DNA of 64,000 bases, from assembly GCF_009914755.1 (NCBI RefSeq), contig NC_060935.1. One strand, 5' to 3'. A model generated the notes under the pieces. It did not search any database, had not been told where the DNA came from, and saw nothing but the letters and a program-made list of their open reading frames with translations. This DNA comes from the human T2T-CHM13v2.0 reference genome, Homo sapiens. The position numbers were made by a program, and so were the translations under genes. This document shows, piece after piece, positions 24,272 through 36,587 of this stretch (the stretch's first letter is position 1; the number at the start of each line of letters is the position of its first letter).

Positions 24272-26220
24272 ATGTCACTCTTTACCTTGTTCTTACTAAT
24301 CCCCTTATCTATGTTAAAAGGAGAACTCTTGGAAGGATTTGAAGGATGCCCCCAATGTACTCATACTACACGGTCAGGGAGCGCTATAACGAGAACTCTA
24401 TTGTACCATACTCATTATGAGTGTACTGGAACCCACCTAGGAACCTGTACTCACAATCAGACCACCTACTCAATCTGTGACCCAGGGAATAACTAGCCTT
24501 ATGTATGTCACTATATCTGTACTTTAATATCTGCCAGGCAACATTTAAAGACTTCATTGCCCTGTAGCAACCTGTGGTATAAATTAAGAACACCCCTGCT
24601 TGCTCCACTTGGGACTGTGCAACATTGGCCACTAAACAAAAGCAGGTCATGTTTACCCACATCCAAGCAGACCTAAACTGTAAAACAAATGCTTGCAATC
24701 TTGTAAATTTCAAAATCCTGAAGCCAAATTTACAAATATGGACTACAGGAATAGGAGCACCAATAGGACATTACTATTTAACCAAGAATCCAAGGGGAAA
24801 AACTATCTTAAAAAATAATTTTCTATGTATTATAAAGAAAGCTCGGGCCTGTTCAACCCAACAATTCTGAGTTTTCAAGTCATTCTATAAGCAGGTCAAC
24901 CAGAAATTGCCTGAACCCCCTCCCATAGCCAAAAAACTATTCACCCAACTGGCAGAAAGCATAACCAGCAGCTTGCCCATCTCTTCATGTTACGTCTGTG
25001 GGGGAACAAACATGGGGACCAGTCACCATGGGAGGAAAAGGAGCTAATGCCTCAAAGTAACTTTACTCTGACCATCCCCTCCCCCGAACCAACACTCACA
25101 AGCTTGAGCACCTGGCTCTTAAAAACCTCTCTTATCAAGAGATTCTGCATTGTGCACTGGGGAAAAGCCTTTACAGACCCAGTAGGAGAATTAACTTGCC
25201 TAGGACAGCAATATTACAATGAGATACTAGGAAAAACTTTATGGAGATGCAAAAAGAATGACTCCAAATCACCGCACCCAGGCCCATTCTCCCGTTTCCC
25301 TTCTTTAAACCACTCCTGGTACCAGCTTGAAGCTCCAATACCTGGCAGGCACCCTCTGGCCTCTACTGGAACTGTGGGCCACAGGCATATTGACAACTGC
25401 CAGCTAAATGGTCAGGGGCCTGTGTACTTGGAACAATTAGGCCCTCTTTCTTTCTAATCCTGCTAAGGCAAGGGGAAGTCTTACGGTACCCCATCTATGA
25501 TGTAACTAAAAGGAAAAGCAAGAGGGGCATAACCACAGGAGACGGCATAACCATAGGGAAGTGGAAAGACAATGAATTGCCCCCTGAAAGAATAATCCAA
25601 TACTATGGCCCAGCCACCTGGGCAGAATATGGAACATGGGGATACTGCACCCCTATATATATGCTCAACCACATCATAAGGTTACAGGCAGTACTTGAGC
25701 TAATTACTAATGATGCTGCAAGGGTCTTAAATCAGCTAGCCTGGCAAGCTACACAAATGAGAAATGCCATCTACCAAAATAGACTGGCCATCAACTACCT
25801 CCTAGCTCAAGAAGGAGAAGTATGTGGAAAGTTCAACCTAACTAATTGCTGTCTAGAGATTGATGACAACAGAAATGTTGTCAAACAATTTTGGATTCTG
25901 CCAGAATCCAGAAATTAGCCCATGTCCCAGTGCAGACTTGGAAATGATGGTCTCCAGATTCACTCTTTGGAGGCTGGTTTTCATCTCTTGAAGGATTTAA
26001 AACCTTAGTAGGAATAGTTCTGGCCATACTAGGGGGCTGCCTCATACTTCCTTGTCTTTTGCCCCTCCTTGTTAGGAACATGCAGTCAGCTATTGAGATT
26101 CTTGTAACCAGGCAAACTACTACCCAACTAATGGTTCTAACTAAATATCAACCCCTGCTTAATAGGAAACTAGCGCCTCATGAAAGGATAAATTTTAAAG
26201 ATGATGATGCTTTCTATTAA
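24272..26220 (+). pseudogene. env: Retroviral env, ERV3-like, disrupted
   Basis: Signal peptide [18 protein letters not shown]; [16 protein letters not shown]; [22 protein letters not shown]; furin site KRKSKR (25508-25525); [16 protein letters not shown]; [18 protein letters not shown]; [10 protein letters not shown]; TM LVGIVLAILGGCLILPCLLPLLV; YQPL tail; several stops and frameshifts. Confidence 0.95.
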
Positions 26221-26241
26221 ACTTCATTTATAAGAAGCATC

Positions 26242-26252
26242 AAAGGGGGGAA
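26242..26252 (+). promoter_or_regulatory. Polypurine tract
   Basis: AAAGGGGGGAA immediately before the TG of the 3' LTR. Confidence 0.9.
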
Positions 26253-26886
26253 TGAAGCAGAAAATGTAAAAAGAAAAAACAAGTAAAAGAAAGGAACAAG
26301 TCTTCTCTTGCTAGGCTGACTCACTCCAAGACCTAGAGATAGGCAGCCGAGCTCTGAAAAGGATTTAATAACATTATCTGCAAAACCAGAGCCCTCAAGG
26401 AATGTGCTCCAGAGCCCCCTCTCCTCCCAGTTATGGGCAAGGATGAGAAAACAGGTTTTTCTCCTCTCCCAGCTCCCCACTCCCTTTTTGTAAATCCTTT
26501 CTTAGTGAAACTCAAGGTTACTTCACAAAGTTTTACAGATTCCTGTTTCTCTTCTGTGTAAAATAACAAGGTCACAAGACATGCTTGAGTAAGACATTTA
26601 CCAGCTGTAAACCCTGCCTTAGCTTGATAAGTTCCTGTTTTTCCTCGAATTGCACAATCTGTCACTGTATGATTCACACCTTTGTTCTGTTTCTGTAAGC
26701 CTGCTTGCCTGCCCTGTACATTTCATGCCACTAGATGGCCAATCCCTTGGTTGCATGTATAAAAATCAAGCCCTGTCTTTGTTCAGGGCTCAGTTTTTTG
26801 GATGTGAATCTTCTGGGCCTGAGTGCCCTCGATAAATCCTTTTATTTCACCCATTTGGTCTCTCCAGTCCTCTGATTCCCACAACA
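26253..26886 (+). mobile_element. 3' LTR
   Basis: TG...CA, 634 bp, repeat of the 5' LTR; CCAAT 26739-26743, TATAAAAA 26758-26765, GATAAA 26831-26836. Confidence 0.95.
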
Positions 26887-27220
26887 GCATGTGTAGGTGT
26901 ATGGGTGTTTGTATTCTGTAATACTAGTGAAAGTGTGGACAATGAGACTTTCTTTTCATTACTAGTAATAGAACAATTTGAAAAGCAATTTGAACATATG
27001 TATATATTTACCTAGTAATTACACATTTGGGAACCTAGTTTTAAAAATTAACGTGAAGAAACTAAAAGCTTTATTTTGAAAATGATTGTTATAGAATTTT
27101 ATATGATGGTCCCAAATGGGAAATAGTAAAAATGTCCAATTCTAAGAGATTAGCTAAGCAAACTATGATCTTTTCACCAAGTAGAATACTACTTAGACAT
27201 TAAAATGATTATTAATATTA

Positions 27221-27510
27221 TTTTTTGAGAGAGTCTCACTCTGTTACTCAGGCTGGAGTACAGTGGTACAATCATGGCTCACTGAAATCTTGAACTCCTG
27301 GGCTCAAGCAATCTTCCCACCTCAACCTTCCTTGTAGCTGGGACTACAGGCATGTGCCATGAAGCCTGGCTAACTTTATTTTTATTTTTTTGGTAGATAC
27401 AAGGCCTTGCTATGTTTCCCAGGCTGGCTTGAACAGCTGGATTCAAGCAATCCTCCTGTCTCAGCCTCCTGAAGTGCTAGGATTACATACATGAGACATC
27501 TCACTTGGCC
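27221..27510 (-). mobile_element. AluJ
   Basis: 'actcctgggctcaagcaatcttcccacctca' J-type, strongly CpG-decayed. Confidence 0.9.
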
Positions 27511-30500
27511 TATCATTTGAAATACTATATAATCCCATAGAATAATGTTCATGATATAATATTGAGTAAAACATAATGTACAAATTATATATAGTTATAC
27601 AATTATATACATAAAACTATATACAATGTGGTTTAAACTGTGTTAAAATAGTTTTTCATAGAAAGAAAAAACAAAAATACTGCACAGTATATTGTGTTTG
27701 TGTTTGAGTGTTAGGACTAGAGGTGAGTTATTTTTCCTGGTTTTCTTTTCAGTTTTTTTGTTTTCTTTCCTAAGAATGTATTACTATTATACTGTATAAA
27801 ATATGATAAAAGGTCAGACTCACTTATCTCTAATGTCCTTTCCAACTCTATCATGGAGTAATTTTTGTCCCTGTATAATCAAAAGCTTGCTTCATCTTTC
27901 ACACTTTTTCTTGTCTCTACCACATGTATATAATCCAGGATTTATAGTTTATGCTTGTCTTGAAATACCTGAATGTTAGCTAAGCTTATAAATAGATCTT
28001 AACATTTTGAGGCAGATTCCTGTTCTCAACAGCCAATTTTCTCATAGTAAGCATTCATTCAATGTATCCAAGATAAATTTTGAGTGTAAGCAGGCTGGAC
28101 CAAGACCCTGGCCATTAATGTAAACTTATATTCCCTGCATTGCTAGATATTTTTTCTGGCTTAATAACATATTGATTGCAGGGGCTTATCTAGAAAGAGT
28201 TAGAATTGTTTTTGCTGGCAGTGTGATTTTGCATCAGCTACTCTTGTACTATCTCTTGCTTCTGATGAAAAATAGAATTACCTTACTAAAATATTTTAAT
28301 ATTATTAAAATTTTGAGTTTCATGACATATTTTCTGGGATTTTTAAACCTCTGAGCTAAAGTTCTGTCTGTAGCTTGGATCTATATCAGAACTTAATATT
28401 TATAAAACAAAGAAGATCCTGACACACCCTTGCATGAAAACATTGCATGATTCTAAGACCTGAAGTTAGCACTGAACAACAATGGATGTCAAAGTTGACC
28501 AGAATTGTGTTCAGATGGAAGCCTTATCATTTACTATCTATGCAACTTTGACTGATTGTTTAACTCCTCTGAATTTGAGATTACCCCCTGTAAATTGTGA
28601 ATAATACTGCTTAACATGTAGGCTTGTTGCAAATATTACATCACATAATGTTAGAAAACACATAATAGGAGTCGAATCAACCAAAGTTTTAATTATCATA
28701 ACTATCTAGAGATGTGGTTTACAGTATTATAACCTCAAAAGTCGATAGTGAAATGTTACATTTTTGCAGAACCCAATATGAAACTATTCCAACAATAGGG
28801 TCCACTGATGGAGAAAATACATGGAGAAATATGGATTCTTATATTGACTCATAGGCTTAAAGCTCAAACATTAAGAAATGCTAATGTAGAGAAAGAATGG
28901 TGATGTGATTGGTAGCAATAAAGTTTGGAGCTGTGAAAATATAATGCTGGCTATGAAGCTGAAGTAGGAAAATAAAGGATGCTTCATAGAAAAAATGGCA
29001 GGAAATTCAATATATAGATACATAGTTAGATTTAAGAGCCGTTTGTTTAATAAACCATTATTGGTTGAGAGAAGAACTTGTATTTTAGGCAACAGATTAT
29101 AATAGAATTTTGTCCTTGCTAATCTTAAACTTGATTGACTTATACTAAATGGTCACCTCCTTAGTTCAATTTTCATATTATAAATTGTAGGCAAACACAA
29201 CTTCTTATAATTTTACTAATATTAAATAAAATTATGTATTTAAAGCATCAAGCTGAATACTTGATACCTGTATGTGCTCAATTATCATAGCTCCCTCTAT
29301 AACATTCAGAGCAACTCTTGAATAACATCCCTTCATTGAAGACAGATATTGAATGCTAAAATTATTCCACGGTATGTTAGGCAGTGAGAAAATCTAAAAC
29401 AGTGAGGGAAATTTCTGACTTTTCCTGGGTGCCAGTGTTTTTTGCTACAGTGGCCTAAACACTCCTTCCTGGGGTTCTGGGGACCATCAGACAGGACTGT
29501 CACAATGACAATAAATCATCCCCCAAGCTGCTGCAATTTCATCTGGGGGATGCTTCCAGATGCAGTTATTACCTACATGTTGCCCAGTTAGGAAAATGCA
29601 GAGCAAATGCAATGTGACCATATTTTAGCCAGAGATTCTCAGACCTTTCCAGTCCCAGATACAGAAACCCAGACCAATCTATGGAACCATGATTACGTGG
29701 ATGCTTTTCTGAACATATCACTTTAAGGAGCTTTCTGAGAATCCCCTTGAGTGTCCTTAAGATATAAGGTGTGTTTACAGATGCAAACAGGAGCTGAGGC
29801 CCTTATTATCTCTGGCCTCATGTAAGTCACTCTGCTTCTCCAAGTCTCATTTTGTAACCTGAAACAAAATTTCCTGTCCTATATGCTGCAAAGGGTCATG
29901 AAGGCCTAATGAGATAAGGGATCTAAAAATGCTGTAGGGAAAACAAAATGCAATGCTCTTTATAACACAAACTAGGATTGTTACCTCCAGAGGCAAAGAG
30001 ATTACATAGTTAAAGTCTTTTAAAGTCTTTTAAATAATGTTAAGAAATGATGACCTTGCAAACATAGCCAATAGGGAACTAACTAATGGGGACAGCAAAT
30101 GAAGTTGCAGAGACTGATAAGGATATAATTGAAAACCTTTGGAAAACACGAACTCTGTTTTGGGTCCTTTTCTTTTGGCATCTTACCTTGTTCCTTGTGT
30201 TTTTCGGATTCAGCTGCTGGATGCTTGATTTTGAGGTGTTACCATGCTACTGCCTCCATCTGTATCTGTCTGGGAGAAAAGCAATAGTGAAGATGAGAAA
30301 GAAGGGAGGAAAGAGAAAGGGGGAACAGAGTTCTGCATAATGCTTAGTGCTCCAAGGTCCCAGCATAAGAGGCCCACCCTGACTTTATCCATTCTTATAT
30401 TTTAGATCCTAGGAACCAAAGATCATTTAATCAAAAACGTGCCTCTCATAGTTAGGGAAATTACATTCTTTTTGCCCAGTGGAAAATTTACATGTTTATT

Positions 30501-33256
30501 GGTTATATTCTAGGATGATATTTATTATTCACTGAAAGTTTCAAGGGCAAACAAATACACTAGAAATTTTGGAAAGACTCAAGAAACGATAAAATATTAC
30601 CCCTTGACAGAACAATATTTTATAATGATATTTTGTCTGGTGGGCATGGCTGTCTGTATAACATGAAGATTAAACCTTGGCTGGCAGTGAATTTTTATGT
30701 ATTACCAAGGTTAGAAGCATAAAAGGCCCTTCTAAAGAAAGTAGTGTCTGCATAAAGTAGTTCATGCACAAAATGCTTGTGATGGTGAGTTGAAATGGGA
30801 ATAAGAATAGCAAGTACAGGGGCTTCTGGAAAGGTAAAAGATTACAGATGTTGTCATGGGAAATACCCACACAACATGACAGGCTACATTCACAAGAAGC
30901 TATCCATGTAGAAAGTGAATTCTTAGAAATTGCTATGGGAGCCCTAAGTAATGACATTTTCACTCTATTGCCATATAGCTTCAACAATTGTCAGATTACC
31001 ACTGACTTACTAGCAGAATAACCCCAAGGTAATTGATCATCTCTTATAAATGCATGTCTCTATAAAGGGTCACAATTAAAGAAACTTTCCCAATGTACAG
31101 GTGAAGAAACAAAGTTCAGAGAAGTCATAGAGCAAACAGGTGTTGATGCTAGCCAGAGGGCAGATCGAAGCCACTTAAGCTCCAAAGTCAATTCTCTTAA
31201 TCAGCTTACTATAGTATATAAGTTCCTATTAATAATGAAGTGTGAACCAAGTGGGAACAGAAAGTTGTGAAACCAGATTTTCTTGATCTTAGTGTCTTTA
31301 TTTTTTGAAAGAAATTAATGATAATACCCAAGGCCATAACACTCAATAATGACAGGAAAAATATTTTTCCAACTTTTGTTCTAGCATTATACAAATATTA
31401 GCAGATAATACTTTATTTATAGTATCTGAAATGTTGTAGACATTCGGTAAATTTTACCAGCTTAATTGAGTCAAGTATCTGCAAATGCTTGTTTTCAGGC
31501 ATGAATGGATTAATCCCAAACAGGACTAGGACTATGCTTAGAATTAGGAAAAAAGAAAACAAACAGAACATGGTATATTGGAAGATAAATACAGTGGTAG
31601 TAGTAGTGGAGACAAGAGATGTGTATCTCCATAAAACGCTGTTACTCTCAATATTAAATTCTTATGTCTAAGAGGAAGGAAATTAAAACTGTCAGAAAAA
31701 TTTTAGTGCCTTAAGACCTTCAAAGATATGTAAATCACCTAAAATATGAAAGTATTATATTGTTCAACATGTATAAACAATAACAATGTTTTATTCATAT
31801 ATTTCTTCAATCACTTTATTTGTATTAATTTGCCTAAAAGTGTGCTTGGAAACAAGAATGAAAGAGACAAAAGTGATTCTTGTCCTAATTGAGTTTACAT
31901 TTTCATGCAAGACATAGACAAGAAAATAAATACCATACTTATAATTTATGATTGTGTTAAGTGCTATGAAATACCAAAGAGACAGTTCTAAGCATGATTG
32001 GTATCTTAGTATGTTTACAAGTTGATTTTGTAGACATGAGACCTGATGGCTATAATATTCACAGAATCATTACCAATTGTTGGCTATAATTAGACTCCTG
32101 CTGCAAAGGGGCAACTTAACATCCTTAACTTCTTTTGACAAGGTTCAACTTTTGTTCTGAAAATAATAGAAAGGGTTTATTTTCCCAAGAGTCAGTTATT
32201 CTGAGCACTACAGAGTTCAACTGTAGTTCAAGATGCCATGTGATACATTTTGACTGGGAAAATATGGCAAAGCATGATTTCTAAGAATTAATTATATCAT
32301 CCAAGATACATGATAGCAGGGGTTGCTGGTATAAAAATCATATCTGACAGAGTCCATATGACAAGCATAACATAAAGAGACCATATTATGTTTAACATGT
32401 GTATAATACAAAGAGAAGGCAATGATGGTGCATCGAACAATTTACAGAATTAGCAGATAGCCCAAAAAGCTTAAGTAAATCATTGTATTTGATTGAGCCT
32501 CATTTTTCTTATTTGAAAAAAAAAAAGTTAGTAATCAATGGTGGGAACAAACGTTTCTTTGCTAATTTTGATGTTTCCTTGCAGGTGATGAGAACACAAT
32601 TAGGGTAACATTCCTAGCTTCTTTCTACCCTTTTACTTGTTCTGCTCCAGAAAAATTGGAATAGTGTGATTTGAATGGTAAATTTATGGAGAATAACATG
32701 AATGCACTCTGTTCAGCACCTCTCCTTTCTTTTTAGGAAGAGGCTGTAAAAAGGACCAGGTTTTCCCTTAGAGAGGCCTCACTGAAGAGCCAATTGCCAG
32801 GGGCGGGAAAGTCTATCAGTTTTAAGAAGCTGGATGATAGATATTCTTAGATGACTATAATTAGGCGATAAGGCAATAACATGCTGATCTGCTTAGAATT
32901 TTATTTCATTTTTCAATTAGTTCAGACTCTGGTGTAGAAAACAAGTTTTATTTAAACCATCAGCAATAATAATTTGTGACTTACAAATTCTGTTGTGAAA
33001 GTCAAATGTAGTGATGAATTTGAAATGGATGTATAAATTCAAATCTCCACATAATCTTGTGCAGTTTTTTTAGTCAAGCAATATACCTTATAACTAAAAC
33101 TCAGCTCTCAAAAGCAGAAGTAAGTGTGGAAGGATAGAACTGAGGCTCAGGAATTTTCCACCACTACTAGCATATTCCCAAGATGCCTGAGCTTCAGGCA
33201 AAGCTGTTTCTATTGATCCACATAAGGCTTATTTCCATCTCTCAGTTAATTGTTTC

Positions 33257-33727
33257 TGTTTTGAGTTGGATTGTGACACTCAAAAAAAGCTGTGTTGGAG
33301 TCCTAATGACTGGTGCCTGTCAATATGATATTTTCTGAAAATAGAGTCTTCATAGATGTAGTCAAATTAAGATGAAGTCATATTGGAGTATAGGGTGGGC
33401 CCTTAATACAATATGAATGGTATCCTTGTGAGAGAGAAGATGCATACAGACAGTCACACAGGAGAAGGATGGCCCTGTGACATACATAGAAGCAGTTAGT
33501 GGAGAGATGCATCTACAAATCAAGGAACAACAAGGATTGATGGCAAACACCGGAAGTTAAAACAGGCAAGGAAAGATTCTTCCCTACCATTCTCAGAGGC
33601 AGCATGGCCCTGCCAATGTCTGGACTTCAGATTTCTAGCCTCCAGAAATACAAGTCAATAAATTACTGTCGTTTGAAACCATCCAGTTTGGGGTACTTTG
33701 TTATGGAGGCCCTAGGAAATTAATGCA
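33257..33727 (+). mobile_element. MaLR LTR (MLT1C-like)
   Basis: 'ttaagatgaagtcatattggagtatagggtgggccct', 'gcagcatggccctgccaa...ttctagcctccagaa...aataaatt', ends 'gccctaggaaattaatgca'. Confidence 0.85.
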
Positions 33728-34473
33728 GTGCCCATACCTAGTGACAGGAAAACCTGGGTATCATTTTTACTGCTCCACTGAAAAGACTGGTACTCCTTGA
33801 CCTCAGAGAACATAAGAAAGACCATGTCCCAGTTGGCCCCTCTTCCTCAGATGCTGCTGAGCTCAGGACTATAAATAATAGTTCCCAAACCAATGTTGGT
33901 AGTGTTTTGCCCAGGAGCTCTACAAATGGAAGAGTCATGGATGAGCAAGTGGATGACTCAGTGGAGTATATGTGTGCTGACTCCCAAATGCTGGAGAGAA
34001 CCAAAAGTAATCCTAAAAATTAAGTTCATTTTTTTGGTATGAAGTAGTTGTGTTTTTGTGGTTTATCAAATTAATTCCCAGATCTGAGGCACCAATGCTT
34101 GAAAAACCATGTAGATTTAATAGCTAATGGATCTACAGTGTCTCCCAGTACATGTACTCCTGATCTCTCAGCTTAACTTCTAGGACTTAATGTCTCTAAA
34201 ACCTTGGACCCCATGCCTCAGACGTAAGTTTTGGCCACTTTTATTCTGACTAGTCTCTTGATCCCAATAGTATGCCTATTTTTATCTTCATACTTACAGC
34301 TGATGATGTTTCTGCAATATAAAAATCTCCCTGCTCCTATTTGCCCCTAAAAATTCAACCTTTCAAGGCCTAACTTATAATCCACTTCCATTGCAAAAAC
34401 CCTGCCAGTGACTGTAATCAAGACCAACCATTCCACTACCTTATATTCCTTTCTGGTACTATTGTGTTGGTGG

Positions 34474-34475
<2 letters not shown>

Positions 34476-34519
<44 letters not shown>

Positions 34520-34520
34520 G
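34476..34520. repeat. Compound (TG)n(AG)n microsatellite
   Basis: Direct reading. Confidence 0.95.
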
Positions 34521-35100
34521 ATTGTGGGGAGTGGAGAGAAAGTGGTAGCCTTGTCTTTCAACAGGATTTTTTTAGCTCCTTCAATGTATACATTACCTAG
34601 ATTTCATAATTTTATTATTATCTTCAGTACATAGCACAGTGAAGTGTTTACTAGTTGATCAATACAATTTTAACTTGATGACACAGAAGTCTAGTGCTAT
34701 TGTAATTTTTTTAAATGCAACTAAGTTGTGGATGCAGAATCAGGGCAAATCATGGAATTCCATTATTTCAATGAATATATGTAAATCTTGGTCAGTCCTA
34801 GGTGACAGAAGAGAGTAAAGAGGAATTACTATTTAGTGAGCCACTGAATTATGTTTCAGATACTGCACTAAGCAATTTACATAGATAATCTCTCTTAATC
34901 CTCAGATTAACTCTTTGAGTTCAGGGTCATTATTTCCAATTTTAAAATCAGAAAATTGAGAATCAGAGAGCTTCTTGAAGAAACAAGATTAAGCAAAAGG
35001 CCTTTGCATGATACTATGCCCTCTTTTCTCTTTCATCATTATATCTTAAGACATTTTGAGGAGCAGAACAAGAACACCTTTATATCCTACACAGGGATCA

Positions 35101-35260
35101 ACCTGGCATGGTGGCTCACACCTGTAACTCAAGCACTTTTGGAGGCTGAGGCAGGAGGACTGCTTGAGGCCAGGAGTTCAAAAACAGCTTGGGCAATGTA
35201 GGGAGACCCATCTCTACCAAAGAAGTTATAGACATTGAAAATAAATAAATAAAAATAAAT
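35101..35260 (+). mobile_element. Alu left monomer (FLAM_C/AluJ-like)
   Basis: Single monomer ending in a (TAAA)n tail. Confidence 0.85.
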
Positions 35261-35779
35261 GGACAGGCAAACCACCGCGTGTCTATGCCTGGACATCTTG
35301 GTTCTTGGTGACATGAAACATACCACCTCAAAGGATGAGTACCGTATAGTACATTTGATTCATGAAAAGCATCAGAAAAAAAAAAAGTTTCTTTGAGGGA
35401 AAAACATCTGCTGTTAAAGTCACTTCAAAGACATTTTAAATAATTGGTTTTATTCTTGAGGATTGTGATTAAAAGAAAGCATTTAACTATTAACCTGCAA
35501 ATTGACCTTTGTGATCTTGGAAAAGACAGGCTAATTATTTTTGAATGTTAGATTTTCTCTCACATTTCCAAAAAGAAGAATGAATGACTAGAACAGTGGA
35601 AGAATTGTGGATGTTCCTCATCACAGCTGATAATTACTTAGGGTCAGTGGCAGCCCCAGACATTGGCATAGTAGGTAGGTGAAAGAATTAGTTAAAATAT
35701 GTTCCTTTTCAGTACAGTGATTAGAATGCATATCTAAAATATATAAATGAATACATAAACATCTTACTTTTAAGTATGA

Positions 35780-36010
35780 CCAAGTATAGTGGTTAAAAAG
35801 AGAGATGCTGCAACTAATCTGATATTTTCTAACTCTGGCTCTACCTCTTAAAACCTGTGTGACCTAGGTCAAATTACCAAACTTCTATGGGCTTCAGTTT
35901 TTTCATTCATACTATGAGGATAATTGTAGTGCCTACTTTATAGAGCTATTATGGTAAAGAAGTTCATAGGTATAAAGCTCTTGCAACAGTGATTATAAGT
36001 GCTATGTTTG
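35780..36010 (+). mobile_element. MIR
   Basis: 'ggctctacctctta...tgtgtgacctaggtcaaattacc...ctatgggcttcagttttttcatt' MIR core. Confidence 0.75.
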
Positions 36011-36367
36011 TGTTTTATATAAAATAAAATAAATTCCCAATAAAATTATGTATGGAATCATAAAAAATCATTTTCTTGGAAATCTTTGAATCCAAATGTA
36101 CATTTTATTTTTCCTTTGGAGACAGCTATCTTGCTCAAGGTTACACAGATAAAACATGGGTGGAGTGAGGGCTAGAACTTCTGACTCTTAATGACTATTC
36201 TAGATCTTTTCCCAAGCTATGTTGCATGCTCAACATTTGTCAGCCATAAAAATATGCCATTAGCACTTCTCTTTTTCCTGTTAGGCTGAGAGATTCTCAG
36301 TCTCCAAACCTGACTAGAGACTGTAGTAGTAAACTTCTTGAGCTTTAAACCCTTTCTAGCTCTAGAA

Positions 36368-36587
36368 CAAGCTTGTCCAACCCATGGCCCCTGGGCTGCA
36401 TGTGGCCCAGGATGGCTTTGAATGTGGCCCAACATAAATTCATAAATTTCAAAAAGCATTATGAGAATTTTTGCAATTTTTTTTAGCTCATCAGCTATCA
36501 TTTGTGTTAGTGAATTTTATGTATGGCCCAAGACAATTCTTATTCTTCCAGTGTGGCCCAAGGAAGCCAAAAGATTGGATACCCCTG
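36368..36587 (-). mobile_element. MER30 (hAT-Charlie MITE)
   Basis: Termini caagcttgtccaa ... ttggatacccctg; internal 'gctcatcagctatc'; 8-bp flanks ctctagaa/ctttagag. Confidence 0.9.

Larger units (their letters stand above)
17405..26886 (+). mobile_element. Full-length defective ERV1 provirus, HERV3/HERV1-like (ERV3-related)
   Basis: Paired LTRs, GCAT TSD (17401-17404 and 26887-26890), PBS, PPT, degenerate gag-pro-pol-env. Confidence 0.96.

Noticed and set aside
24272-26220. The ERV3-1 gene itself or a syncytin-like domesticated env
   Set aside because: Multiple stops, frameshifts and a deletion; sequence and PBS differ from ERV3-1
17463-26677. Two similar minus-strand ORFs (17463-17717 and 26333-26677) suggesting a duplicated gene
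   Set aside because: They are antisense translations of the two LTR copies
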